64,000 nucleotides of DNA, taken from assembly GCA_964581435.1 (NCBI GenBank), contig CAZOOO010000001.1, forward strand, positions 3,972 to 67,971, read 5' to 3'. The stretch is from an uncultured Hyphomicrobiales bacterium (lineage in GTDB: Bacteria > Pseudomonadota > Alphaproteobacteria > Rhizobiales > Xanthobacteraceae). The position numbers and the translations under genes were made by a program. Under the pieces are notes generated by a model. It was not told where the DNA came from and did not search any database. It saw only the letters and a program-made list of their open reading frames with translations. Below, in pieces: positions 55,871 through 64,000 of the stretch. Numbering within the stretch: position 1 is the stretch's first letter; every line of letters starts with the position of its first letter.

Positions 55871-56041
55871 ATGAAGAACGTTCTGCCCGCCCTTTTCCGG
55901 GATGCAATTGGTCTTATTGGCTTCGGTGGGACATCTTATGGTTTCTGGCTGATCTATGAGCCGCTTGGATACATTGTTGGCGGTGTTTTGCTTCTCTATG
56001 CATCCATTTTGCTGAGTCGGGCCGGGAAGGTTGAGCGATAA
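55871..56041 (+). CDS. Small membrane protein between terL and portal
   Basis: DAIGLIG......G.WLIY.P.G.IVGG; stop overlaps portal ATG. Confidence 0.7.
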   Translation: MKNVLPALFRDAIGLIGFGGTSYGFWLIYEPLGYIVGGVLLLYASILLSRAGKVER

Positions 56042-57384
56042 TGCGCGGTCTTTTCGGCTCACTTTTTGATGCGACGACTGGAGGTAAGGGAAGGTCAAGC
56101 GAAGTCGATATCACGGCATTGCTCGCGAATAACGCTGGAATGCGCTCGAAGGCTGGTGCCGCGATTAATATCGATTCTGCTTTGGGCGTTACAACGGTAT
56201 TTGCCGCAACTAGGGCGCTCGCTGAGGGCATTTCTCAGATTCCTGGCAAGGTAATGCAGGAAAAGGACGACGGCTCCAAGGTCGTCGCTCCGCGTCATCC
56301 AGTCCATCGGGTTCTGACTCGCCGTCCTAACGAGTGGATGACGCCTTTCACATTTCGCGAGACCATGATGTACCATGCGGTGCTGACTGGAAACGCATTC
56401 GCCTTCAAGAATTCGATCGGTCCTGCTCGGAAGCGGGAATTGAGAGAACTAATTCCGATCCCGCCGAACAATGTGAACATTCGACGCGATTCTGACCATT
56501 CGCTGATCTACGATATTAGCGATCAGGACGGAATCGTCGGGTCATTCAAGAGGGACAAGATATTCCACCTCATAGGACCAAGCTGGAATAGCTATAAAGG
56601 CTTGGAAGTCATTCGTTTGGCGCGAGACGCTATTGGGTTGGCCATTGCAACAGAGGAAAACCATTCTCTTCTACACAGAAACGGCTCTCAGGTTGGCGGA
56701 ATCCTCACCACAGAGGCGAAGCTAGATGATGCCGCGTTGCTGCGTATCAAGGCTATGTGGGCTGGATATGCGGGTGGAGTCGGCAATAAATTCAAGACCG
56801 CAATCCTGGATAACGGTCTCGACTACAAGCAAATGGGCATGTCTGGCGTCGATGCGCAGCACATCGAGACACGAGAGCATCAAATCAAGGAAATCTGTCG
56901 CTCCATCGGCGTCTTCCCGATGATTATCGGTGAGGCCGACAAGACGGCAACGTTCGCGAGCGCTGAAGCGTTCTTCTCTGCTCATGTGGTCCTCCATCTG
57001 TCGCCGTGGGTGCAGCGTTGGCAGGATGCGGTCGACTCTCAACTGTTCTCTGACGATGAATTAGATGAAGGGTACTTTTTCAAGCTGTTCACAGCGGGAT
57101 TGCTGCGTGGTGACGCTCGTGCAAGGGCGGCGTTCTATCAGGTCATGATCCTCACAGGTATCATGACTCGGAATGAAGCCCGCGCACTTGAAGACATGAA
57201 CGCGCTGGACGGTCTGGATGAACCGATGGTGCCGCTCAACATGGGTGTTGTCGGCGACATTCCGCCGCCTAATGAAAGTGGTGATGGTTCAGCCGCCAAA
57301 ATTTCATTCCCCAATGTAGCCATCGCACCGAAAAGCATGGTCGACGCGCTTCGACTAATCACGGCCGAGCAACGCGCGCGGTAA
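56041..57384 (+). CDS. HK97-family portal protein
   Basis: RPNEWMT..F, GNAFA, DAQ..E.R, LLRGD..AR, NEAR.LE. Confidence 0.95.
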   Translation: MRGLFGSLFDATTGGKGRSSEVDITALLANNAGMRSKAGAAINIDSALGVTTVFAATRALAEGISQIPGKVMQEKDDGSKVVAPRHPVHRVLTRRPNEWMTPFTFRETMMYHAVLTGNAFAFKNSIGPARKRELRELIPIPPNNVNIRRDSDHSLIYDISDQDGIVGSFKRDKIFHLIGPSWNSYKGLEVIRLARDAIGLAIATEENHSLLHRNGSQVGGILTTEAKLDDAALLRIKAMWAGYAGGVGNKFKTAILDNGLDYKQMGMSGVDAQHIETREHQIKEICRSIGVFPMIIGEADKTATFASAEAFFSAHVVLHLSPWVQRWQDAVDSQLFSDDELDEGYFFKLFTAGLLRGDARARAAFYQVMILTGIMTRNEARALEDMNALDGLDEPMVPLNMGVVGDIPPPNESGDGSAAKISFPNVAIAPKSMVDALRLITAEQRAR

Positions 57385-57397
57385 AAGGACTTATTCA

Positions 57398-58396
57398 ATG
57401 CCGAAAAAGCTGTTTGACGCCGCGCTTCTGGCGCGAGCGGAGGGTTCGATATGCCTGAACCGCTCAAGGGCCATGAATCGCAGTCGCGATAACGGTCGTG
57501 ATGGGTCTTGGTACAAGGTCGCCAGAGCCAACAAATCGGATGAAGTGGACGTCTTTATCTATGATGAGATTGGGTTCTGGGGCGTTCAGGCGTCTGATTT
57601 CGTCGCGGAACTAAAGGAAATAGACACAAAAACCATCAATTTGCGGGTGAATAGTCCCGGCGGGTCGGTTTTTGACGGTCTTGCCATCTATCAGGCATTC
57701 GCCTCGCACCCTGCGAAGATTATCGCTTATGTCGATGGGTGGGCGGCGTCGATTGCCAGTGTCATTATCATGGCTGCCGATACCATTAAGGTTGGCGAAG
57801 CCGCTCAGGTCATGATTCACAAGCCGTGGTCATTCGCCATGGGCTCCGCAGACGACATGAGGAAAGAGGCTGACGTACTCGACAGCATTCAAGAAGCTAT
57901 CATTGACGTATATGTGGCGCGTACAGGCGGTGATCGTGACTCGATTACGTCTCAAGTAAACGATGAGACCTGGTTTCGTGGACAGGAAGCCGTCGACGCT
58001 GGTTTCGCTGACGAGGTTATACCGCTAAAGTTAAAAGATCCGGCGAACCCTGCGGCCAGTTTTGACAGCGAATTCTTCGCATCAATCTTCCCGAATATCC
58101 CGGATGATATCAAGGCGGCTTTGCCGAGCGCGAGCGATGCTCGCATCACGCCGATTGAACCATTCAACTTCGACAGCGCTACAGAGCGCGAATTCCAGAA
58201 CTTCCTTCGACAGCATGGAGCGTCCGGACAGCGGGCGAAGGCCATTACGTCGAGTGGATTCAAGGCCGCGACGGAATCCCCGGAGGGGACCAAGCAGGCC
58301 GACGCCGAAAGCACAGAACGGCTGGGTGCCGCTGTGAAAACGGCAGTAGCCGCAGCAGCCATCAGGCTCGCCGCACAAACCAATTACCGTAAATAA
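57398..58396 (+). CDS. ClpP-type head maturation protease
   Basis: IYDEIG.WG, NSPGGSVFDG, AASIASVI, MIH.PW, ETWF. Confidence 0.93.
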   Translation: MPKKLFDAALLARAEGSICLNRSRAMNRSRDNGRDGSWYKVARANKSDEVDVFIYDEIGFWGVQASDFVAELKEIDTKTINLRVNSPGGSVFDGLAIYQAFASHPAKIIAYVDGWAASIASVIIMAADTIKVGEAAQVMIHKPWSFAMGSADDMRKEADVLDSIQEAIIDVYVARTGGDRDSITSQVNDETWFRGQEAVDAGFADEVIPLKLKDPANPAASFDSEFFASIFPNIPDDIKAALPSASDARITPIEPFNFDSATEREFQNFLRQHGASGQRAKAITSSGFKAATESPEGTKQADAESTERLGAAVKTAVAAAAIRLAAQTNYRK

Positions 58397-58407
58397 GGAC
58401 TCCTTTT

Positions 58408-59664
58408 ATGGATCCGGAACTCAAGAAGGCTCTCGAAGATCTGGGTATGACCCATGCCCAGGCAGTCGAGGCGCAGCAGAAGGCTCATGCCGAGTTCGTT
58501 GCTGCCAACGACGCCAATATCGCAAAGCGTGATGCGCTGTACGACGAGAAACTGGCGAAGTTGCAATCCGAACTGGACAAGTTCGAACCGCTGAACAAGG
58601 CTATGGTCGACGCCAAAGCTCGCCAGGACGCCGTTGACGCTCAGAACAAGGACATGAAGGAGCAGCTTGATCGCATCGAGACTGCCCAGAACCGTCCGAA
58701 CCTGGGCGGCATGACCGAAGCGCAAGAAAAGGCCGCCGCGCATCGTGCGGTATTCCTCGATTATATGCGCGTCGGCTATGATCGCGTGAACCCGGAGCGC
58801 CGCAACGTCCTTCAGGTCTCTGACGACACCGGTGGTGGCTATCTGGCACCGTCTGAATATCTGCACGAGATCATCAAGGCGGTGGTCGAATACTCGCCGT
58901 TCCGTACACTGGCTCGCGTCGGAAACACCTCTGAGAAGTCGGTGCAGATTCCGAAGCGTACTGGTGTATTCTCGGCACGTTGGGCCGGTGAAGTCGAGCC
59001 ACGTCCCGAAACCGCTGGTCTGGCTTATGGTCTGGAAGACGTTCCGGTCCATGAACTGGTCGCTGACGTCCGCTTCTCAATGGCAAACCTCGAAGACTCT
59101 GCTTTCGATCTCGGCGCCGAGGTGAATGCTGAGTTCGCTGAACAGTTCGGTGTCGCGGAAGGTGCGGCCTTCGTCGCCGGTACTGGCGTCAAGCAGCCGG
59201 AAGGCTTCCTGACTGCCGCTGGATCGGTGCCCGTCAAGAGTGGCGATGCTTCCAATATTACCGCAGGGGGCATCATCGACCTCAAGTACGCCCTGAAAAC
59301 TGCGTATGCCCGAAACGGCACCTTCGTCATGAATCGCAAGGCGCTTCGCGATGTGCGCAAGTTGAAGGACGGCGAAGACCAGTATCTCTGGCAGCCAGGC
59401 TTGGCGAACGCTCGCCCGAACACCATCGACGGCGATCCGTATGTCGAACTTCCTGACATGCCTGACCCGCAAGCGGCGGCTAAGGCGATGGCATACGGCG
59501 ACTGGAATCGCGCCTACCGTATCTTCGATCGTATGCAACTTGCCGTCATCCGTGATGGCATCACCCTCGCCAGTAATGGTCAGGTGAAGTTCATTGCGCG
59601 TCGTCGCGTCGGTGGTCAGGTGGTTTTGGCCGAGGCGTTTGCGGTGATGACCATCGGCACCTAA
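58408..59664 (+). CDS. HK97-fold major capsid protein
   Basis: Delta coiled coil, GGYLAP, AF..GTG..QP.G, YLWQP, RVGG. Confidence 0.96.
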   Translation: MDPELKKALEDLGMTHAQAVEAQQKAHAEFVAANDANIAKRDALYDEKLAKLQSELDKFEPLNKAMVDAKARQDAVDAQNKDMKEQLDRIETAQNRPNLGGMTEAQEKAAAHRAVFLDYMRVGYDRVNPERRNVLQVSDDTGGGYLAPSEYLHEIIKAVVEYSPFRTLARVGNTSEKSVQIPKRTGVFSARWAGEVEPRPETAGLAYGLEDVPVHELVADVRFSMANLEDSAFDLGAEVNAEFAEQFGVAEGAAFVAGTGVKQPEGFLTAAGSVPVKSGDASNITAGGIIDLKYALKTAYARNGTFVMNRKALRDVRKLKDGEDQYLWQPGLANARPNTIDGDPYVELPDMPDPQAAAKAMAYGDWNRAYRIFDRMQLAVIRDGITLASNGQVKFIARRRVGGQVVLAEAFAVMTIGT

Positions 59665-59729
59665 AGCATTGTCGGGCGCATCTCTAGTGTGCCCGCTCTC
59701 CCTTCAATTTTGAACAGGAGGATCACCGT

Positions 59730-60146
59730 ATGCGTGACCTACACCACAATATCGCGCCGAAGCGCGGCATCTCGCCGGCAGCCGCAGGCACCGATAACAC
59801 TGCGATCGTTTCGCAGATCAATGACCGCCAGGGATATGAATCCGTCGAGTTTCTCATCCTGACGGGAGTAAACACCGATGCCAATGCCACGTTCGCGGTG
59901 CTGGTCGAGGATGGTGATGATCCGTCGCTTTCGGATCACGCCGCCGTTGACGATATCTACCTTTTGGGCACCGAGGCGGCTGCGAGTTTCACCGCTGCTG
60001 ACGACGACAACAAGGTGTTCAAGATCGGCTACAACGGCAACAAGCGCTATCAGCGTGTCACGATTACGCCGACTGGCAATGACTCCGGCAACATTTATGT
60101 TGCGGGCGTCTGGGTCAATGGTCACCCGCGCCACGCGCCGGTCTAA
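59730..60146 (+). CDS. Head-associated protein
   Basis: Follows capsid; D..GYES, GY.GNKRY.R. Confidence 0.7.
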   Translation: MRDLHHNIAPKRGISPAAAGTDNTAIVSQINDRQGYESVEFLILTGVNTDANATFAVLVEDGDDPSLSDHAAVDDIYLLGTEAAASFTAADDDNKVFKIGYNGNKRYQRVTITPTGNDSGNIYVAGVWVNGHPRHAPV

Positions 60147-60209
60147 TGATTACTGCCGGGAGCCGCCTTTCGCTCCCGGCGTTTCTCCTCAAACATTGGA
60201 TGACGTGGA

Positions 60210-60479
60210 ATGGATTATTTGGTTCTGAAAGACTTTTCTTATGCCCATGATGGTATTCACATCTCCGTCATGCGTGCCGGAACCACTTGTCAAATTCGCG
60301 GCGATGTAGCGGGTGGCCTCTGTAAGGCTGGCTTTATCAAGACCATCGGAATCGCCTCTAATGAGGTCGTAGAGACGGGGAAGGTGGCATATCCCTATGA
60401 GCCCATATCGGGGTCCGATCCATCGCCTTCACTAACGACTGAAAAGCGCCGCGGTCGACCACCTAAAAATCGAGTCTGA
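60210..60479 (+). CDS. Small head-region protein
   Basis: KRRGRPPK tail. Confidence 0.55.
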   Translation: MDYLVLKDFSYAHDGIHISVMRAGTTCQIRGDVAGGLCKAGFIKTIGIASNEVVETGKVAYPYEPISGSDPSPSLTTEKRRGRPPKNRV

Positions 60480-60482
60480 TGC

Positions 60483-61178
60483 ATGTTCACCGTCGTTACG
60501 CCAGCCGCATACTCTCAGCGGCTTATCACCACTCTTGCGGCGGTCAAAACTGAACTTGGTATTACGGATACTACGCAAGATGCGTTTTTGCTCGAACGCA
60601 TTAAGCAGATATCCGGGCAAGTTGTATCGTTTCTTCGTGTCCCGATGGCGAGCGACGGCACCGCGACTCTCGCGTCGGAAGAACTGGAAGAGACATTTCG
60701 GTTTGGTCGGCGCGATCAGGGATGTCGTGCCAATCTTATCTTGGCGCGAAAGCCTGTCACTGACGTCAGCGAAGTCATCGAAGACGGAAAAACACTCACG
60801 GATGACGACTACGAGGTCAGCGGAGCGTCTGGATTGCTTCTGCGGCTCCGTGGTGATTGTGAATCAGCGTGGGGTAGACATGTCGTCGTAACCTACAAAG
60901 CGGGCTGGGTGATGCCCTCTGAGGCTTCTGGGGTTACCCTGCCAGCAGACATAAGCGCGGCTGGACTAACTCTCGCTAAACAGGCGTATTTTACAAAGGA
61001 TAGAGACTTCACGATCAAGTCCGAGTGGATTCTTGATGTGGAAAGGCGAGATTTCGGCAACGCGTCTTCGTCAAGTATCGCGAATAATTTGGGCGGGGCC
61101 GGCGCTGACAGCCCATTCCCTCCAGACATAACGAACAGTCTGTTGCGCTATCGTTACTACTACATCGGAGCGGTGTAA
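60483..61178 (+). CDS. Head-tail adaptor
   Basis: L.TL..VK..L, V.Y.AGW, LP.DI..A, L..YR. Confidence 0.75.
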   Translation: MFTVVTPAAYSQRLITTLAAVKTELGITDTTQDAFLLERIKQISGQVVSFLRVPMASDGTATLASEELEETFRFGRRDQGCRANLILARKPVTDVSEVIEDGKTLTDDDYEVSGASGLLLRLRGDCESAWGRHVVVTYKAGWVMPSEASGVTLPADISAAGLTLAKQAYFTKDRDFTIKSEWILDVERRDFGNASSSSIANNLGGAGADSPFPPDITNSLLRYRYYYIGAV

Positions 61179-61522
61179 TGGACGTGTCCGCCGCTGCTCG
61201 CGCCCGCGCATCTATAGATCGTGTCGGCCACACCGTCACCTTCAAGCGCGTCGTCGGAAAAATCCCTAACCATACGACTGTAACAAAAGACGTAAAGGCT
61301 GTCGTTTCAGGTTACAAGCCGGAAGAATTGGTCGGTGGAATCACAGCGGGTAGCCGAAAGATCATTGTTTCCGCACTAGCGTTGTCGGCGGCTGGATATG
61401 CCGTACCTGTGGTCAAAGGCGATTACGTCATTTCGCTTGGTAAGGAAATGATCGTAGAGACGGTTGATCTGGATCACCGCGAATATCTTGGATGCTACGA
61501 TATTGTAGCTACGGGGCAGTGA
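61178..61522 (+). CDS. Head closure protein
   Basis: G..VT..R, Y.PEEL.GGI..G; position. Confidence 0.7.
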   Translation: MDVSAAARARASIDRVGHTVTFKRVVGKIPNHTTVTKDVKAVVSGYKPEELVGGITAGSRKIIVSALALSAAGYAVPVVKGDYVISLGKEMIVETVDLDHREYLGCYDIVATGQ

Positions 61523-62187
61523 TGGCGATCATTTCGCGAATAGATCCCATCGGAAAGGATATTTTACTCCAATTCTCAGATGAACTATCTCCGCATGGAC
61601 GCAGTGCAGCGCTAGCATCGTTCGCTAGAGAGCAATTGCGAGAGGCACAGAAGATCAATCAGGCGTCGGCTGGGTACATTCCTGAACACGATACGTTTGT
61701 TGATGGGGCGAAGGGCGCGCGCGAAGAGTCGGTGCGTCCAGACGGAGTCATTGTCTACGAATTCCGGCTTATCGTTGAGACTCTTGAATGGATTGAACAG
61801 GCTCTGTTGAGGCAGTCTCCTATTCGATCAGGTCGTTATATGCGGTCTCATATTCTTCTTGCGGACGACGCCGAAGTGCAATTTGGATCCTCGGACATCC
61901 CGCAAGCGGAGCGTTACACTTTCGTCAACACTCAGCCATACGCACGCAAGATTGAGCGCGGTCTTTCAAGTCAGGCACCGGACGGCGTCTTTGAGAGTGT
62001 CGCGGTAATGGCGAGGCGAAGGTTCGGAAACATCGCGTCGATCAAGTTCACCTTCGAAAGTATTAGTGGTGGCAGTACCGATCTTGAAGTTTGGGCTCTT
62101 AGAACCAGACAGCGCCGTAAAATCGCGCCAAAGACGACGGATGAGTGGAATAGGCGGCAGCCTGCCATTGTTGTGTCGGGGAGGTAG
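61522..62187 (+). CDS. Neck/tail-completion protein
   Basis: SP..SGRY..SH, N..PYARKIE.G.S.QAP.G. Confidence 0.75.
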   Translation: MAIISRIDPIGKDILLQFSDELSPHGRSAALASFAREQLREAQKINQASAGYIPEHDTFVDGAKGAREESVRPDGVIVYEFRLIVETLEWIEQALLRQSPIRSGRYMRSHILLADDAEVQFGSSDIPQAERYTFVNTQPYARKIERGLSSQAPDGVFESVAVMARRRFGNIASIKFTFESISGGSTDLEVWALRTRQRRKIAPKTTDEWNRRQPAIVVSGR

Positions 62188-62189
62188 AG

Positions 62190-62612
62190 ATGCCGAGCCA
62201 AGCCGTTGCCTCCGCGGTTAAGTCGAGGTTGACCGCTAATCCTATCGCGCTGTACGACTCCACGAATCTCCAGATCGTTTATCCGAATGAGACCATGGAA
62301 TCGAAACCAGGGTTCTGGATGTTCGTCCAGTACCCTATTTCGAATGAAAACTTCATCAGTATGGCTGGCGAAGGGAACCGGGTTTTTCGAGAGAACGGGA
62401 CGATCCGCTTCCTTCTTATGGCAACACGGAATTCTGAAACCGATTACGCCCTTGGCATTTGCGAAACGGTTCGTAGTTTGTTTCGTGCAAAAGAGTTCGG
62501 TGGCGTAACGACATTCTCCCCGTCACCACCAGTCATTAATGACGACAACGACAACGCCACTCACTTCGAACTGAGTATGTCTGTCGAGTACATCTACGAC
62601 ATCTTCGCATAG
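62190..62612 (+). CDS. Tail terminator protein
   Basis: YPN, RE.G, LFR..; position before tube. Confidence 0.7.
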   Translation: MPSQAVASAVKSRLTANPIALYDSTNLQIVYPNETMESKPGFWMFVQYPISNENFISMAGEGNRVFRENGTIRFLLMATRNSETDYALGICETVRSLFRAKEFGGVTTFSPSPPVINDDNDNATHFELSMSVEYIYDIFA

Positions 62613-62635
62613 CGCGAAGCAAACGTCGTCCATCC

Positions 62636-62662
62636 AAACCCGCCCGTCGAGGCGGGTTTTTT
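62636..62662 (+). terminator. Intrinsic terminator
   Basis: AAACCCGCC-CGTCGA-GGCGGGTTT followed by TTT. Confidence 0.85.
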
Positions 62663-62740
62663 CATGCCCATTCAGCCCTTGGGCAAGGCCGAACCGGAGC
62701 GTCGTGACGACGCCCCAGCCCTAAGACGGAGCCCACTATT

Positions 62741-64000
62741 ATGGCCAATGCGTCAACCAACCGTTCCAAGATCAGCTATGTGCAGGAGGTGACGGCTGGC
62801 GTTACGCCTGCAAACCCAAAGTTCAAGGAACTGCGGGTCACGTCGAGCGAACTCAACTTTGAGCCGACTCGTGTCGAGTCGAATGAAATCCGTGCCGATC
62901 GTCAAAAGACGGACTCGATTCTTACGTTGGTTGCCGCGAATGGTAATCTCGGCATCGAACTGTCGTATCAGGCATACGACGATATGCTTGAGGCTGCGGT
63001 TCAGGGGACGTGGATCAACAAGCCATCCATCACGGTCGCGACGGCTGATACCGAAATCTCGGATGTATCCGCGACGACGCTGACAGTCTCTGCTGGTGGG
63101 AGCAACTTCAAGACAGGCCATTTGACGCTCACGTCCGGATTTGCGACGCCCGCGAACAATGGGCTGCACCGCGTCACGTCAAATACAACGACGACGATCG
63201 TATATCCGGCGGCATCGTTCTTGGCGGAGTCCGATCCAATCCCTGTAGGGGTCACCGTTCGCGTCATCGGGTTTGAGGGTGCCGAAGATGATATCGAGAC
63301 CGTTGCGTCCGGCCTAAAGTCGACCCTTCTCGACTTCACGACGCTTGGACTCAATGCCGGTGAGTGGATCAAGATTGGCGGCGACAGCGCAGGGTCCAAG
63401 TTCGATACTGCGGCTGTAAATTCTCTCGTCCGCATCGGTAGCGTCGCTGCTCATCTGATCACTTTGGATATCAAGCCTTCGGGCTGGGCAGTCGATTCCG
63501 GCACCGACAAGACCATCCAGGTGTTCACTGGCGACTTTCTGATCAACGGTACGACGGTTCGTTCCTTCTCAGTTGAGCGTCAGCAGCAGGATATTGCCAG
63601 TCCGAGCTACGAGTTGTTCAAGGGGCAGCAAGTCAACACCTTTTCCCTTAGCCTCCAGTCCAGCGCCATTCTCACTGGCACGCTTGGTATGATCGGGCTC
63701 GGCGGCACCGCTGATACGGTGCGAACATCTGGCGCAAGCGATATTGCGGCGCCGGCATTTGGCGTCCTGAACACGTCTTCCAACATGCGCAAGCTGTCTG
63801 AGGGTGGTGTTCTGGTTGGTGGCGAGACCTACATCACTCAGTTCGGCTACGACATCAACAACAACATGGAGGGCGAGGCGGCTATTGGCTATCTCTCCTA
63901 CATCGGTATCCGCAACGGTGAGTTTGGACTCAGTGGCTCGATCTCGTTCTACATGAACGACATCAATCTCCTGAACAAGGTCATCAATGACACCGAGTCT
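62741..64000 (+). CDS. Major tail tube protein (3' partial, absent from ORF track)
   Basis: MANASTNRSKISYVQEVTAGVTPANP...ESNEIRADRQ; frame runs off the window. Confidence 0.85.
   Translation, partial: MANASTNRSKISYVQEVTAGVTPANPKFKELRVTSSELNFEPTRVESNEIRADRQKTDSILTLVAANGNLGIELSYQAYDDMLEAAVQGTWINKPSITVATADTEISDVSATTLTVSAGGSNFKTGHLTLTSGFATPANNGLHRVTSNTTTTIVYPAASFLAESDPIPVGVTVRVIGFEGAEDDIETVASGLKSTLLDFTTLGLNAGEWIKIGGDSAGSKFDTAAVNSLVRIGSVAAHLITLDIKPSGWAVDSGTDKTIQVFTGDFLINGTTVRSFSVERQQQDIASPSYELFKGQQVNTFSLSLQSSAILTGTLGMIGLGGTADTVRTSGASDIAAPAFGVLNTSSNMRKLSEGGVLVGGETYITQFGYDINNNMEGEAAIGYLSYIGIRNGEFGLSGSISFYMNDINLLNKVINDTES

Larger units (their letters stand above)
1..64000. mobile_element. Temperate siphovirus-like prophage/phage genome, both ends outside the window
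   Basis: Continuous lambdoid order: integrase, recombination, cI/cro, replication, terminase, portal, capsid, tail; no obvious host housekeeping operon. Confidence 0.95.

Noticed and set aside
1-64000. CRISPR array or rRNA
   Set aside because: No regularly spaced direct repeats or rRNA-like sequence seen by eye.

Overview
The whole window is a temperate, HK97-fold tailed (pro)phage of an alphaproteobacterium, probably Hyphomicrobiales judging from its dnaN, GcrA-like and integrase sequences. The window cuts both ends. Gene order: tyrosine integrase; ~21 kb leftward early operon (two DUF1643 genes, HerA-like ATPase, exonuclease, HNH, RecT/RecE, many small ORFs); PL/OL; an unexpected rightward helicase + DUF1376 initiator module ending in a consensus chromosomal parS; cI/cro switch with GGAA-N5-TTCC operators; rightward early/middle genes (three DNA methyltransferases plus one intein-derived relic, SSB, GcrA-, DnaA-CTD- and OmpR/CtrA-wHTH-like regulators, RuvC-like, beta clamp, SNF2, phosphatase, dCMP deaminase, primase, DnaB); HNHs and a cos-like region; three tRNA genes; terminase, portal, ClpP-type protease, capsid, neck and start of the tail tube. 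Most unusual signals: (1) three tRNA-shaped cloverleaf elements with covarying D/T-like kissing loops inside open reading frames, plus ORFs or ORF segments made of tandem structured-RNA domains; (2) a parS-bearing replication module in the immunity region; (3) a 1.7-kb fully dual-coded C5 methyltransferase with an array of WxTP modules in the second frame. All family calls come from motif recognition and all structures from pairing by eye; no searches or folding programs were run.
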